DNA of 64,000 bases, taken from positions 42,408,001 through 42,472,000 of the forward strand of contig NC_086104.1 of the NCBI RefSeq assembly GCF_963921235.1. The letters are read 5' to 3'. The notes under the pieces were generated by a model. It ran no database searches and was not told the DNA's origin. It worked only from the letters and a program-made list of their open reading frames with translations. The stretch comes from Mobula hypostoma (taxonomy: Eukaryota). The first letter of the stretch is position 1, and each line of letters starts with the position of its first letter. This document shows, one piece after another, positions 24,337 to 36,827 of the stretch. A program made the position numbers and the translations under genes.

Positions 24337-24878
24337 GGAGACTACCTAGACGGTATATGAGGTGTTGCTCCTCCATCCTGAGTTTAGTCTCATCATGGCA
24401 GTAGAGGAGGCCATGTATGGACATATCTGAATGGGAATGGGAAGCAGAGTTGAAGTGGGTGGCTACCGGGAGATCCTGTCTTTGACACCTTGTCTAGGTA
24501 GTCTCCAGCCCCTTGGTATGAACATAGAATTCTCCAACTTCCAGTAATTCCCTCCCCCTCCCTTCCTGTATCCCTATTTCACTCTGCCCCCTCCCCCAGC
24601 TGCCTATCACCTCCCTCATGGTTCCGCCTCCTTCTACTACCCATTGTTTTCCAGCTTATCACCTCCCTGCTTCCCCTCCCCCACCCCTTTGTCTTTCAAA
24701 TTACTGGTTTTTCAACTGAACCTACCAGCCTTCTACTTCCAACCCTCCCCCACCTTCTTTATAGGGCCTCTGCCCCTTCTCTCTTCAGTCCTGACGAAAG
24801 GTTCCGGCCCGAAACACTGACTCATCGTTTCCACGGATGCTGCCTGACCTGCTGAGTTCCTCCAGCGTGTTGTGAGTC
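24337..24878 (+). mobile_element. Penelope 3' fragment with inverted 5' segment and hammerhead motif
   Basis: Same family as 17269-17900; 24337-24481 is inverted relative to 24491-24878; CAGTC-CTGACGA...CCC-GAAACACT-GACT at 24786-24822. Confidence 0.85.
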
Positions 24879-24879
24879 T

Positions 24880-25619
24880 ATTAGTAGTTATTGATGGAGG
24901 AATTCAGTGTATGTTGCTATGTTCTTTTGATTGACTGTAAATGAACAAAATCAGCGCAGGCACCTATCTAGATAATGGACTGCCTTCATACAATGCAAGT
25001 GACAATTGCATCCTCCAAGCCTTCATTTTCATTGTAACATTCAAGATGATTGTTGATACCTGCAAATTCTTCATGGAACCTAACTTGTTGAAGTACTAAA
25101 ATGCTGGAGGAACTTGGCAGGCCAGGCAGCGACTATGGAAAAGAGCAAACAGTGGATGTTTTGGGCCGAGACCCTTCATCGGGACTGAATTTATTGTCAG
25201 TATCTGCAGATTTTCTCTGGTTTGTGAAGTAGTGAAATCTTTTTATCACTCCTGGCCATTTCTGGCATCTCCAAGCCTGAATGCTTGAAATCTCACTGAG
25301 CAAAACAGTTTTGAATTGTCTTACCGCTTATTTCTCACCAACTATCAGTGACAAAAATCACTGCTTTTTTAACACAAGTGCTTGCAACTGATGCTATTTT
25401 AAAAACTGTTTGTTATAAACACCGTGTAGTGTCTAATGGCATATAATTGCACATGACGAGTTAAAAACTGTTCGGCAACAGTCTCCTGCCCCAATTAAGT
25501 GGCATAGTATCCCAAATAAATGAGGGGAACTCTGCCTATTTTCTGTTTTTGTTATTTAAGGGTTGTCCAAAGTAAGTGGATGCGCTAATTAACCAATAGC
25601 CCAGTTAACTGGAATGCAC
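24880..25619. mobile_element. Non-coding DNA-transposon-like repeat (probably TcMar/Tigger-type), with a Penelope mini-element at ~25093-25225
   Basis: Homologous to 53640-54420; ends CCCAGTTAACTGGAATGCACT, complementary to the start of the other copy. Confidence 0.5.
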
Positions 25620-25698
25620 TTTATTTGTAATATGCAGTGTTTAAACCAATTTGTTTCAGTTCAAATTTTAACTATGATTTTACTTTTTTTTTGTATAG

Positions 25699-25763
25699 AT
25701 AAAGAACACAGCTGGGAAGATGAAGATTGGGGAGTGTGGGATGACGGTGAATTGAAAGAAACT
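25699..25763 (+). CDS. RAB3GAP2: RAB3GAP2 exon 2
   Basis: (D)KEHSWEDEDWGVWDDGELKET; tag| ... |gtaaga; 65 bp. Confidence 0.93.
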
Positions 25764-27403
25764 GTAAGACATAATAAGCAGTTGTTGATTTTTCAATGAG
25801 ATCATAAAAATGAATTGACCTGAGATAAAATGTGTTTGGGATATGCTACAGCAAAATAAGATTTGTAATAAGAGATAGATCATTTGTTCATACTATCTTG
25901 GCTATTGATTTATAGAAGGAAGGGTAGAATGATTTGACAGAACAGAAAGAGAGTTGCACAGGTCCAATGAGAAAAGATAAATGAAGGATACAAGAAAGTG
26001 GCATAAAGCATTCACAACCCAGACCAAAGAACAGATAAAATAATTTAGCAAAAACATACAAGTATACAACTAGGGAAAGTAAAGAATTCATTATAAATAA
26101 ATGAATAAACAAATACAAAGCACAACTTTCATCCAAGAGGAAATCCTGTTTAAGTGAAGAATCTTGTATGCACATCAGTCGTTTGGTGGTTATTAATGGT
26201 AATAGATCTGATGTGAGCTACTTACTTACAAAGTCCAACAAGGATGTGTTCTGCAAAGATCTAGGTTGTACAATTTCTTTATAAGTAATAGACACGTAAC
26301 CAAGCAGGAATTTTTCCTGGATGGACGTTGTGCTTTGTTTTGTCCATGTCCGATCTATTGGTGTAGATAAAATCTGAAGATAACTTGTCCTCACAAAAGG
26401 CATACTTTTGTCATATTTACTCCTTGATGCCCTTTGGCTTCTGTTTTTTTTTAAGGGTACGATGATCAACTACTGGGAAGGACAACTGGAGAAGGAAGAC
26501 ACTTAGAGAGTGATCCCTACGGAAAGCAGAGTGAGGGAGGAGTAGGAAAGGAAAGATGTGGTTAGGGGTAGGAACCCGTTGTAGATGGCTGACATTGCTT
26601 ACTTGGTCTTGCCAATCACCAGCCAGCTTTTACAAGTTCCCCTCTCTCAATCTTCTTATTCTGACCTCCTTTCCAAACCCGATGAAGGGTCTCGGCCAGA
26701 AATGTCAACTTATTCACTTACACATTTGCTACCTGACAATGAAAATTAGTCTAAATGGAATCTGAAAAATAGCAGATTTGCTATGCTGTTATGTTTGCAA
26801 GAAAAGATTGAGAAAATATGATATTGTTTGTGCTCAAGTTCCTTTTCTAATGGGTTTAAGAACCTCTCCATTGAATATTTTGCTGTACTTGTATGATAGT
26901 TTGAAGTTTAGCTATCACTGCAAGCAAAGCTTTGAGTACTTAATAGTGATAGCACAGGGCAGTTGACATCTTAGTCCATGTGTATTTTTTAAATCTGTGT
27001 CTGAGTATTCATTCTAAGTTCACTTAAAGTTGAATTATTACAATTGGGTTTAATTGTTGACTTAAAATTTTACTTTGTAATGTATCTTCCCTGTTAAATT
27101 CGTAAGACTGATAATTGTTTTTTAATGCATGCATTTGCATTTACTTGCCCATACAAATCTATTTCTTGATTATATTGGTTCTCTTTTATGGTTAGATCTA
27201 AAACCAAATGTATGGATAACAATATCCTCAATTTTTAATGTTTATTGAATCCACATTAAACCCAGTAAACCCACATTATTATTTGATCTATTTTCATGCA
27301 TAGTTGAAAATGTGATTTACATTTGTGTACAATGTATTTATAATCCTATTCTTGCTTTAAGAATTTAATTTTTTGATACCTCGGCCATTGTGTTTGCCTA
27401 AGG

Positions 27404-28224
27404 CAGGAGTCCCCAACCTTTTTTTATTATTGACAAACGGCACCTAATCAATTAGCTTGTTTATTTCGGCATTTTTCTTAAAGATGTGCTGGGTGTGTTC
27501 CGGCTACCGCTGCATTCTTCGCAGCCCAGAGGCTGGGGACCACTGAATTATAAGCCACTTATAAGTCAATAGCATAACATTTTAAGTAACGTTTGGATAT
27601 TAAACACACAGCGCATATTTTCCTTGTATGAACATATAAAATCATTGCAACACACCAATATCGCTGAATCAGTGGGAGCCCTGGGCTTGTTTTCCTGCAA
27701 CAAGACAGTCCCATCGAGGGGTGATGGGAGACAGCGATACTCGAAGGGGGTTCCTTATGTCCAGTCTATTCTGCAATTTAGTTTTCATTGCATTCAATGT
27801 AGAAAACTCTGCTTTGCAGCGATATGATGTTGAAAATGGAAGCAACGTTTTCAGTGTTTTCGTGGCTATCTCAGGATATTCAACCTTGACTTCTTTGATC
27901 CAGAATGCTGGCAGAGATGTTATGTCAAACATACTTTTCAGCCCACCGTCATTTGCAAGCTCGAGGAGTTGAACTTTTTCCCGCACTGACATGGAAGATT
28001 CACCGGAAGCATTCACAAATGAGTCACGGACCCATTCCTTTGCACGTCTTGCGTCACTGATGACCTCGTGTGCGTAATGACCTCGTGTGCGTTAAAGTTC
28101 AACAGTGGGCGTGATGGAATGAGGAGAGGTGCAGCTGACTCGTATCGTTTCATATCGCCAAATCATATCGTTTCCTCACGGCCCGGTAGCACATGCTTTG
28201 TGGCCCGGTGGTTGGGGACCACTG
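27404..28224 (-). mobile_element. hAT Charlie/Buster internally deleted element with transposase dimerisation-domain remnant
   Basis: TIRs CAGGAGTCCCCAACC / GGTTGGGGACCACTG; perfect TSD GCCTAAGG; FWIK..EYPEIA...LLPFSTSY.C.A.FS...KTK..NRLD...QAQGSH. Confidence 0.92.
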
Positions 28225-28421
28225 GCCTAAGGTATTGTTGCTCATCTGGTGTAACTAATTTACTGGTTGCTTGTTTGGATGTGTCAATAATCACTTGAAA
28301 CTATCAAGAACAGCTATTTTGAAACTATTTAGTATTTTTCCCACCTCTTCCCCCCCCCGCCCCCACCATCCCATTAGATTGCTATCAATTCATTTACCTC
28401 TTGTTTTAAAATTTGTTGTAG

Positions 28422-28545
28422 AAGGAAGATAACTCTCCAAGTAAGGCACCAGCTGTATCATGGTTACAAGACTGTGTGATATCATTGTCGCCGACTAATG
28501 ACCTAATGGTGATGGCAAGGGACCAGAAAGCTGTATTCCTAGTGC
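28422..28545 (+). CDS. RAB3GAP2: RAB3GAP2 exon 3
   Basis: [41 protein letters not shown]; |gtaagt; 124 bp. Confidence 0.95.
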
Positions 28546-28864
28546 GTAAGTGATATTCCTTCTGTGAAATGTGATCAAGTCTAGGTTTAAAAATGTATAT
28601 ACTGTTTTCATTGTTACTAATTTGCTAAAGTATGAAACTAGTTGAGAAATTTGTAGATGCTGGAAATATGGAATAATATACACCTAGAAATATTGTTTTT
28701 TTGTACCTTTAGAGGCTATCAGAATAATAATTTTGTTGTTTTCTAGCTCTGTGCTAGCTTAACTATTTGCATTTTTATCTTTTCAATTTTAATACAAGGT
28801 CCTGAACCTCAAATGTTACTCAGATGGTGTCTGACCTGAATATTATCATCATTTTTTGCTTCAG

Positions 28865-29690
28865 TACATAGAACAGTACAGCATAGAAACAGCCCCACAA
28901 TAGCTCTGCCAAGCTTGATGTCAAACCAAACAAATCCGTTCTGCCTACAGTTGTGTCTATCGAAAAGTTACCTGCTTCCATTAACATGTCTGTTAGTGCA
29001 TTCCAGGCACCCGAACTCTATGTGCATTTATATTAAGAAAAACTATTTCTGCATATCTCCTTTAACTTTTCTCCTCCTCACCTTGAATCTGTGTCCTGTG
29101 GTATTTGACATTTCTACACTGGGAAAAGGATTCTAATTGTCTACTATATCTCTGCCACTCAATGTTATAAACTTCTATCAGGTCCCCTGAGCCTCATGCT
29201 TCAGAGAAAACAAGCCAAGTTTGTCCAAGGTCTCATAGCAAATATCCTCTATCCAAGATAGCGTCCTGATAAACCTCTTCTGAACCTTTTCTAAAGCATC
29301 CACATTCTTCTGAAGGGGCAACTAGAAATGCACCCTTCAAATGTGACCTAACCAGTTTTATATTTCTGCAAGATGACTTTCTGACTGTTGCACTCATTGT
29401 TTCAACCAGTGAAGGCAGGCATGCCAAATACAGCCTTTATCATTCCATCTTCTTGTGTTGCCACTTAGAGGGAGCTTTGGACCAAGATGCATCAATGCTT
29501 TTAAGGGTCATGTCATTAACTGTATACTTTCACCTTGTATTTGACCTCCCACGTGTATCATGTCTCACTTGACCAGATTAAGCTCTTTCTGATGTTTCTC
29601 TGCCTAAGTTTGTGCCTGATCTATATCCTGTTGTATCCTTTGACAACCTTCTTTACTATGTGCAACTCTACCAATTTTTGTGTTACTCAA
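28865..29690 (-). mobile_element. Old CR1 3' fragment
   Basis: Reverse CR1 tail ACATAGAACAGTACAGCA and decayed RT C-terminus (LVRSHL...). Confidence 0.7.
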
Positions 29691-29817
29691 AACTTGTTTA
29701 AAATGATATAAATATTACATTAGTGAAAGTGCTGCTTGTAAATTTAAAACTTGAAAGCTTCAAGAAATAAAATAATTTCAAATTTGAATGTTCACTTTTT
29801 TAATATTTGTCTTTTAG

Positions 29818-29899
29818 CAAAATGGAAGAATAATGAAAAAGGTAAAAATGAAATGCAATATTGTGTTACCTGGAGTGGTTCCTTGAATGTTGAAGAAGG
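29818..29899 (+). CDS. RAB3GAP2: RAB3GAP2 exon 4
   Basis: (P)[26 protein letters not shown](G); 82 bp; |gtgagt. Confidence 0.95.
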
Positions 29900-31008
29900 G
29901 TGAGTGTTCATTGACAAGAATTCTGGATTTAATTTTTGTACTTTTGATGACTGTGTTCAGTTGAATCAATCATTTGCAAAAGCTGTATGGATGTTGCAAA
30001 ATTAAAAAAAAAATACAGGTGCTGGTCTTCTGGACTAATTCAGGTTCTGGTGATGTTCATTCACCTGAAGCTTTCAGTCTCTTTTATTTCCTCCACAGAA
30101 GCTACTTCAGCTGTTAAGTATTTTCTGCATTTTCAGTTTTATTTTTGTGTGCAAGTGATTCTTTGAAAGGAATCTTGGGTTGAGTAAGAACTTGTTCACT
30201 TACCATTAAACAACCTGTAAATCAGCTTATCGTCAGTCACACTGCTGTATATGGGAGACAATGAATATTAGTACCATAAACTTAGCAATGTAGTAGATAC
30301 AGCAGAATACTTGCATCAATTTTAGCAGTGGTTTCTTACTCCTGCCTTTGCATCAGCTTTCAGATTCTGTAATTTTAATTTGTATTAGGCTGCTATTTGG
30401 TTAGAGATAGAGTTATGGAAAGCCAGCAGCTTAGAAAGTGGAGGAAACATTTTTGATATGTCTTAAAAAAGATTACTAATTGCAGTTTAATACTTTGTGG
30501 ATCATAAGTTAGCTAAAGGTGTAGTTTTCTGTAAGGTAGTCATACGACACATTGAATGATTTACTGGATAATAGGAATGATCGCATTAATTTTGTCATGC
30601 TTTATCGAATATCATCATAATGTATACCCAATTTAAATACAAACACTCTTTGTAATGAAAAATGTTATTTTTAAATTCCTTACGGTCTTCTGTAATTTCT
30701 TCCGAAGTACCGTAACTTTAAATTATGGAAAGTTAGGGTTTGGGAGAATGTGTAGTACTATAATTTGAGAAAAATAATAGAAAATTTCACATTATCTATT
30801 TTGTTTGAATTAGTTGACTTATTAGAGTATTAATATAGGGATTTTTCATCAGTAAAATTCTTCCACAAGTCCTTAGGATAGGATCAAGTGCCTGGGAGCG
30901 GGGAATGGAGTGCAGATAATCAGCCATGTAAGCAGAATAGCTCGTGCAAAATGTAAATAGTCACATCATCCACAACCCTGTGCTCAGGTCCCTGTCAAAA
31001 ATTTTCAA

Positions 31009-31830
31009 ATATAGATAGATAGATATACTTTATTAATCCCGAGGGAAATTTGGTTTTGTTACAGCTGCACCAACTAAGAATAGAGAGTAAATATAGCAAT
31101 ACAAAAACGCCCAACAATCAAACAACAAACTGCAAACTATGCCAGATGGAAAATAAGTCCAGGACCAGTCTATTGGCTCAGGGTGTCTGACCCTCCACGG
31201 GAGGAGCTGCATGTTCGATGGCCACAGGCAGGAACGAACTCCTGTGCCGCCCAGTGTTGTATCTTGGTCGAATGTGGCCGAAGTCCAACAGTAAGAAGTT
31301 CAATATCCAGTCTGCAAACACGTTCCTCGATCGTAATATACCCCGGATTGCACCATCCGTTGTTAGCCAGAACAGTAAGCACCCAACTCCTTTACGCTTA
31401 CCGCTCTCAGTGCACTTCTGGTCAGCCTGAACGGTATTACCCACCAAACTCCTCTTCTCCAAAAGTCTCTGTTGTCTCGACTGGGTCCTCTTTCCTCGGC
31501 TTTGTGATCCCCCTCTGCATCCTCTGTGTGTTTTCCTCCGGATTTCAGCAGGGGTGTCCACCGCTCTGCTCGCTAAACCGGCCGGTATTTGCTGGTCCGT
31601 GGAATACACAATGCGACCTTGCTTCTGTCCCGCGTGTCGGGATGTAACCATTTCCAGCGCTAAAAACCCAAATAAAGCTCTCTCTACCAGCATGTTAGAG
31701 AGGGGGCAGCTTCGACGTGTTACTATGAGAAAAAAATACAAAAAATAATGTAAATTAAAAAGTAAGAAGATGAAAGTAAGAATAGATCGGAACGGCTGTA
31801 CCAGGCTGCATGCACGACCGGCGCATGCAC
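31009..31830 (-). mobile_element. Internally deleted Rex1/Babar-type LINE (5' region + endonuclease start fused to 3' tail)
   Basis: (TATC)n tail at 31009-31026 homologous to 7790-8124; endonuclease-start peptides ESGKRKG..VLANNGWCNPG..ERVC..DIELLTVGLRP directly join the 3' terminal RHRSSFLPVAI. Confidence 0.65.
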
Positions 31831-32467
31831 ACTAGGTATTCAAACAGGTTTGCACTGCCTTAGTAGGGAATCTCAGTGATATTGTGCTTTTGCATTAGAT
31901 TCAATGACAAGTCTATTATCAGCGTTTAGACATGAAATATGCTATGAACTGTTGACAAAACTTTGGAATTTCTACATTGTTGTAGAAATTCCTGAGTACC
32001 TGTTAGTTATATAGAGGAAACTATTGTTAATAGTAATGCGGCATGTCAACAGTTTTCCAGTCAAACCTGGCTAGTATCTGTTGAGAGTCTGAATTTCATA
32101 AGTCTTAGTAAATGAATAACTTGGTAAAGATGTACAGATATATTGCAATAACCTGTTAATTTCATGTAATTTGTAATTTTTGAACTGGGCTGTAATTGAG
32201 CTGTTAGCTACTTTTGATGTGGTTTCATTTTTCTTGTTTGAACTATTCTCCTTAATTGCCTATTGATGAAGTGGGGTTACAGTGGGACAGTTTTCAGTAT
32301 TTTAAATTTGAGGGTGGTTTTTTATATAAAATGCCAAGTTTGTTTTTATAAATGCTGAACTTTGGTTGGCTAACTTCGCTGAACCATAACTTTACCTGTT
32401 GAATTCCTTGAGATTTATGAAATGCCATGGGTATTAGACATCTGATATGATTTCCTTTTTTTTTCAG

Positions 32468-32515
32468 TGAATGTGTCAGTAGTGCAATTTGCATACCGTT
32501 AGCAAGTCAGAAGAG
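32468..32515 (+). CDS. RAB3GAP2: RAB3GAP2 exon 5
   Basis: ECVSSAICIPLASQK(R); 48 bp; cag| ... |gtaagt. Confidence 0.95.
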
Positions 32516-33604
32516 GTAAGTATTTTTACTTTGAAGATCCTTGTGCAACTAATATTGGCAATACCAATGCTCATTCAGTTGCAGGCAAAGTTTGCTAATA
32601 GTAGTTCTGTACAACAAATATTTAAAGCCATTGTTATCTTTTGGTTGTTATTTAACACTTAATATCCTGTTTATTTCCTGTGATTTGTTATGATTGACTT
32701 AAAATATTGAGGTGTTATATCTGGCATTGGAAAACATATGTTGGCACATTTTATTCTCAAAATATGCTACACTTAATGAGAGTATTAATGGTCCAAAAAT
32801 GCCATGTACACAAACTAAGTGGATTTTTCTATTTAGCATCCTTTTAATAAAACTTGTACATAATTCTAGTTGTCCTTTGTCATTTTTGGTAGGTAAGTTT
32901 TCTTGTTAACGTGATCTTTTGAAAATGATCTACCTTATTGGTTCAGCAATAATTATTTTCAAGCACCAAGTCCATATTATGGTTTTACTATTGGCTCTGC
33001 TAACTAGTAATATTCATTTAGTTCTGCACACTGTACTATTTTTGTTTTGAATTTGGCTCTTGCTGAATTAAATGAGCGGAATATATATTTGAGAACTATT
33101 GAGTTGAGTACACATCTTTGGGCTCTCCTTGATGTTTTTTGGTGTCGTTTTATTAAAGGTGGTTTTGGCCTCATCTTGTGATACTGCACATAATCAACTT
33201 CTATTGTTCGTTCCTATTTAAACAGAGAAAGTAATGATAAGATGAAATAAGTAAATAAACAAACAAACTTTATGAACTGCAACATTCCTTGAACTGTTTC
33301 ATGATGGTAATCGGAAGGGAATTCATCATGCAAGATGGAAAGAATCAAGCAGTTCAAAATTTAAGAACCCAGTTTCATTTTTGAAATTTGTAAATTCTAC
33401 CTTAACTCTATGACAGGGTTAAGAGTGCAAAGGACCAGGTTATATTCAACAATGAGATACCAAACAACTGAAGAAGTGATGAGAATTAAAGTGAATAATA
33501 TAGGTTCAAGCAGCATGTATTAAACAGATAATGAATTCTACTGTACTAATTAAAAACTTTACTATATCCTCAAGTAACTGATGTAGGAAATTAACAATTA
33601 GAAC

Positions 33605-34035
33605 ATTGATATAGAAATCTATAACACATAGGCCTTCAGCCCACGTTGTTGTGCCGACCATATAAGCTACTCTAGAAGCTGCCTAGAATTTCCCCAGTGC
33701 ATAGCTCTCTATCTTTCTAGGCTCCATGTACCTATCTAAGAGTCTCTTAAAAGACCCTATTGTATCCGCTTCCACCACTGTCACTGGCAGTGCATTCCAT
33801 GCATCCACCACTCTCCGTGTGAAAAACTTACCCCTGACATCTCCTCTGTACTTACTTACAAGCACCACAAAACTATGCCCCCTCATGTTATCCATTTCAG
33901 TCCTGGGAAAAAGCCTCTGGCTATCCACATGATCAATGCCTCTCATCATTCTATACACTTCTAATCCTCTATTACTCCAAGGAGAAAAGGCCAAGTTCAC
34001 TCAACCTATTCTCATAAAGCACACTGTCCAATCCA
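33605..34035 (-). mobile_element. CR1 3' fragment
   Basis: ORF 33683..34000(-) EVYRMMRGID...RGKFFTRRVVDAWNALP. Confidence 0.85.
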
Positions 34036-35556
34036 GAGAAAAGTAGAGTATCACAAACATCCCCTATTGAACCTCACAATAGCAAAATATTTGCTTTGAA
34101 GTTAGTCAAAACTAAAGCTTTTGCAACCACTTCTGGCAGAACTGCCAAGTGAATAATTAACCTTGTACATCCCCCACCTTCACAGAAGCCCATCGCCCAT
34201 CTTCAGCCAATTCAATTAGTTACAGGTGTTACAAAGTTAAATTTGAGAGCAGTGGATTTGCCAGAGGTTACAGAGTCGAATATCCTGGTAGAAGTCTTGA
34301 GCTCTTGTGTTTCTAAACCTGTTGTTCAGTGTAACTGCCTCATGACCTTCCGGAAACTGCTCTAAGTGCTTGTCCAAAAGAGGAGAACATGCCTAATCTG
34401 GACTGTGCTGGAAATCACTGTCTAAGTGGTGGAATGGGGCATTTAACAGTGCTGTGAAGTGTTCTCAATCTCTGGTTACCTGTTTTACCAGGCACTCTCT
34501 GGATTCCATTAGATATTTTATTTTCCTGTTAACTTTATTCACATCTAATGACCAAACATGCACTGAAGAGCTGAATTTTGTGAGTGTTCTTAATCACCAC
34601 CCTGCCCAATGGCTCACAGAAGCCAAGTGTGGCATCAAATAGACGAAGAACCTTTAGTGAGTTGCCGCAGTCCATCTTGAATGTGATACGCAATGCAATG
34701 GTGGTGGAGGGAATAAATACATGGAGGTGTCAGTCGGAGGATGTCAAACTGCTTGCGTATGGCTGGATTGTCACTCACCTAGGCCAGTGGTGAGTGTCCA
34801 GCTGAAAAATGCCTGTCTTCTGACCTGCTGCTATTAACACTTTTTATTTGGCTGAAGTTTTTGGCTAGTATTGATCCTAGTGTATTAATGGCAAATTCAG
34901 TAAATGTAATGATGTTAATATCAAGGTGATGGTTTTAATTGCTTTTCCTTTCTTTAAGGAAGAAGTCTTTTTTTTGTTCCTGTTGCCATATATTCATTCA
35001 TCAAACCACCATGTAAAAACTTTATTAACCTTTGAAAGTCTACATATTCCATGCTCACAATATTCCCATTAGGAAAATAAGACATATAATCAAAATTTGT
35101 CAAAATAACAGGATTTTTTACAACATTAACCATGTTTACTTTATGCCACTTTACGATCATAAATGCTTATAGCAGAATAATCAGCAGCTGCCTACTTCCC
35201 CACCCCTGCCCCCACCGTTACTCCCCTGAGTAGAAAGAAACAGACAACAATAAAATTATTTTCCAACAATATACAAGAAAGTCTAAATATTTCTGTGCCA
35301 GTTGTTATGCTTGAGCTTGGAACTTAACTATACTGATGAAGAAGGATCTGTATTTGTATAGCATTTTGTGCAATCCTACTGCATCCTAAATAACTGAAGA
35401 GTGCTTTTTGTTTGAATTTTAATGATATTGAGTTATTTGAAACTTGGAGGACAACTTTCACCTGATTTTGATAATAATCTGAGAATATGTTTTAGCCATG
35501 TTGATTAATTGTCAGGTCAAGCCTTATTTTCTGTGTCCTGGTTATATATAAAGCAG

Positions 35557-35771
35557 GAATACACACAAAATGCTGGAGGAACTCAGCAGGCCAGGCAGCA
35601 TCTACAGAAAAGAGTAATCAGTCAGCGTTTTGGGCTGAGTGCCCAGATGAAGGGTCTGGTCCCGAAATGTTGAAATTACTTTTCCACAGATGCTACCTGG
35701 CCTGCTGAGTTCCTCAGGCATTTTGTGTGTATTACTTTGATTTCCAGCATCTGTGGATTTTCTCTTATTTG
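35557..35771. mobile_element. Palindromic Penelope-derived mini-element with hammerhead remnant
   Basis: Inverted arms ACACACAAAATGCTGGAGGAACTCAGCAGGCCAGG / CCTGGCCTGCTGAGTTCCTCAGGCATTTTGTGTGT; TSD TATATAAAGCAG/TATGTAAAGCAG. Confidence 0.8.
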
Positions 35772-36338
35772 TATGTAAAGCAGTATAAGATGCTCAGTGG
35801 TTAGATTAATAAAACGGTGCCTCCAAATGGATGGTTAGTGGATATCGGTCAAATGATAGATGAGCTACCTGTGAGTCAGTTGCCTTTTGTGTGTGAGTGA
35901 GTAAGAGATTGATTTTGATTTCACTAAATCCCTTTGATCAATAAATTGCCTAGTATGCAAAGTAACTCAGTGAACTTGGTGCTATTAAAGCTTAGCAGAG
36001 TGGAAAGTAGGTTGCTGCATTTTGCTAATCTGTCTCTTTTAATTATGTTTAGAGATATTGGCTAAAACAATTGATATTCTTCTCTCTACTGAATTGTTAC
36101 CCAAAATCTTTAGTATCTCTGCTGTAGAAAACAGCTGGGCATTAACTCTCATCTGTAAGAGTCTGTGACAATGTTACATCCTTACTGTTCAGAACTATCA
36201 TACAAAATTATTGTGCTAAATTTACATGATAGTTTTGAGAGTTAAAGAAACAGAATTGCCAAAGGTACATGTAGAGAGAGAATGTAGCCTAAAACATTGT
36301 CATTGGTTTTGATAAAACCTTATTGCAGTGCAGTTTAA

Positions 36339-36473
<135 letters not shown>

Positions 36474-36827
36474 TAATCATATGTTCAATTTGAGGAATTT
36501 TAATATTAACATAAAAATAATTATTCTGATGAAATACTTAAAGGAAATTTTCAATCATGTTGTGTAGAATGACATAGCCTGACTATGACTTGCATATACT
36601 GTGTTGCTTTTATACTCATCTCAAAGATAATATAACTTTGTGAATATGATGCTGATTTACCTGTTGCATGACTGAGCTTCATATTGTATAACAAAAAATT
36701 CCAAAAGGCTGTATTTATTCTAGGCTGATTCATTTGTGATCCAAAAATGCACAAGATATCGAAAGCCCGACAAAGTGGGAAGGTCAGTCATAGAATATAG
36801 AAGCTCAGTATGTTTGAGTCAGACATA

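Noticed and set aside
27669-28016. Possible domesticated ZBED/SCAND-like gene
   Set aside because: Lies within TIRs and an 8-bp TSD and covers only the C-terminal fragment; it is a transposon remnant
35557-35771. MITE or pre-miRNA interpretation of the palindromic element
   Set aside because: Arms derive from the Penelope terminal repeat, are asymmetric, and have variable-length TSDs rather than fixed TA or 8-bp TSDs
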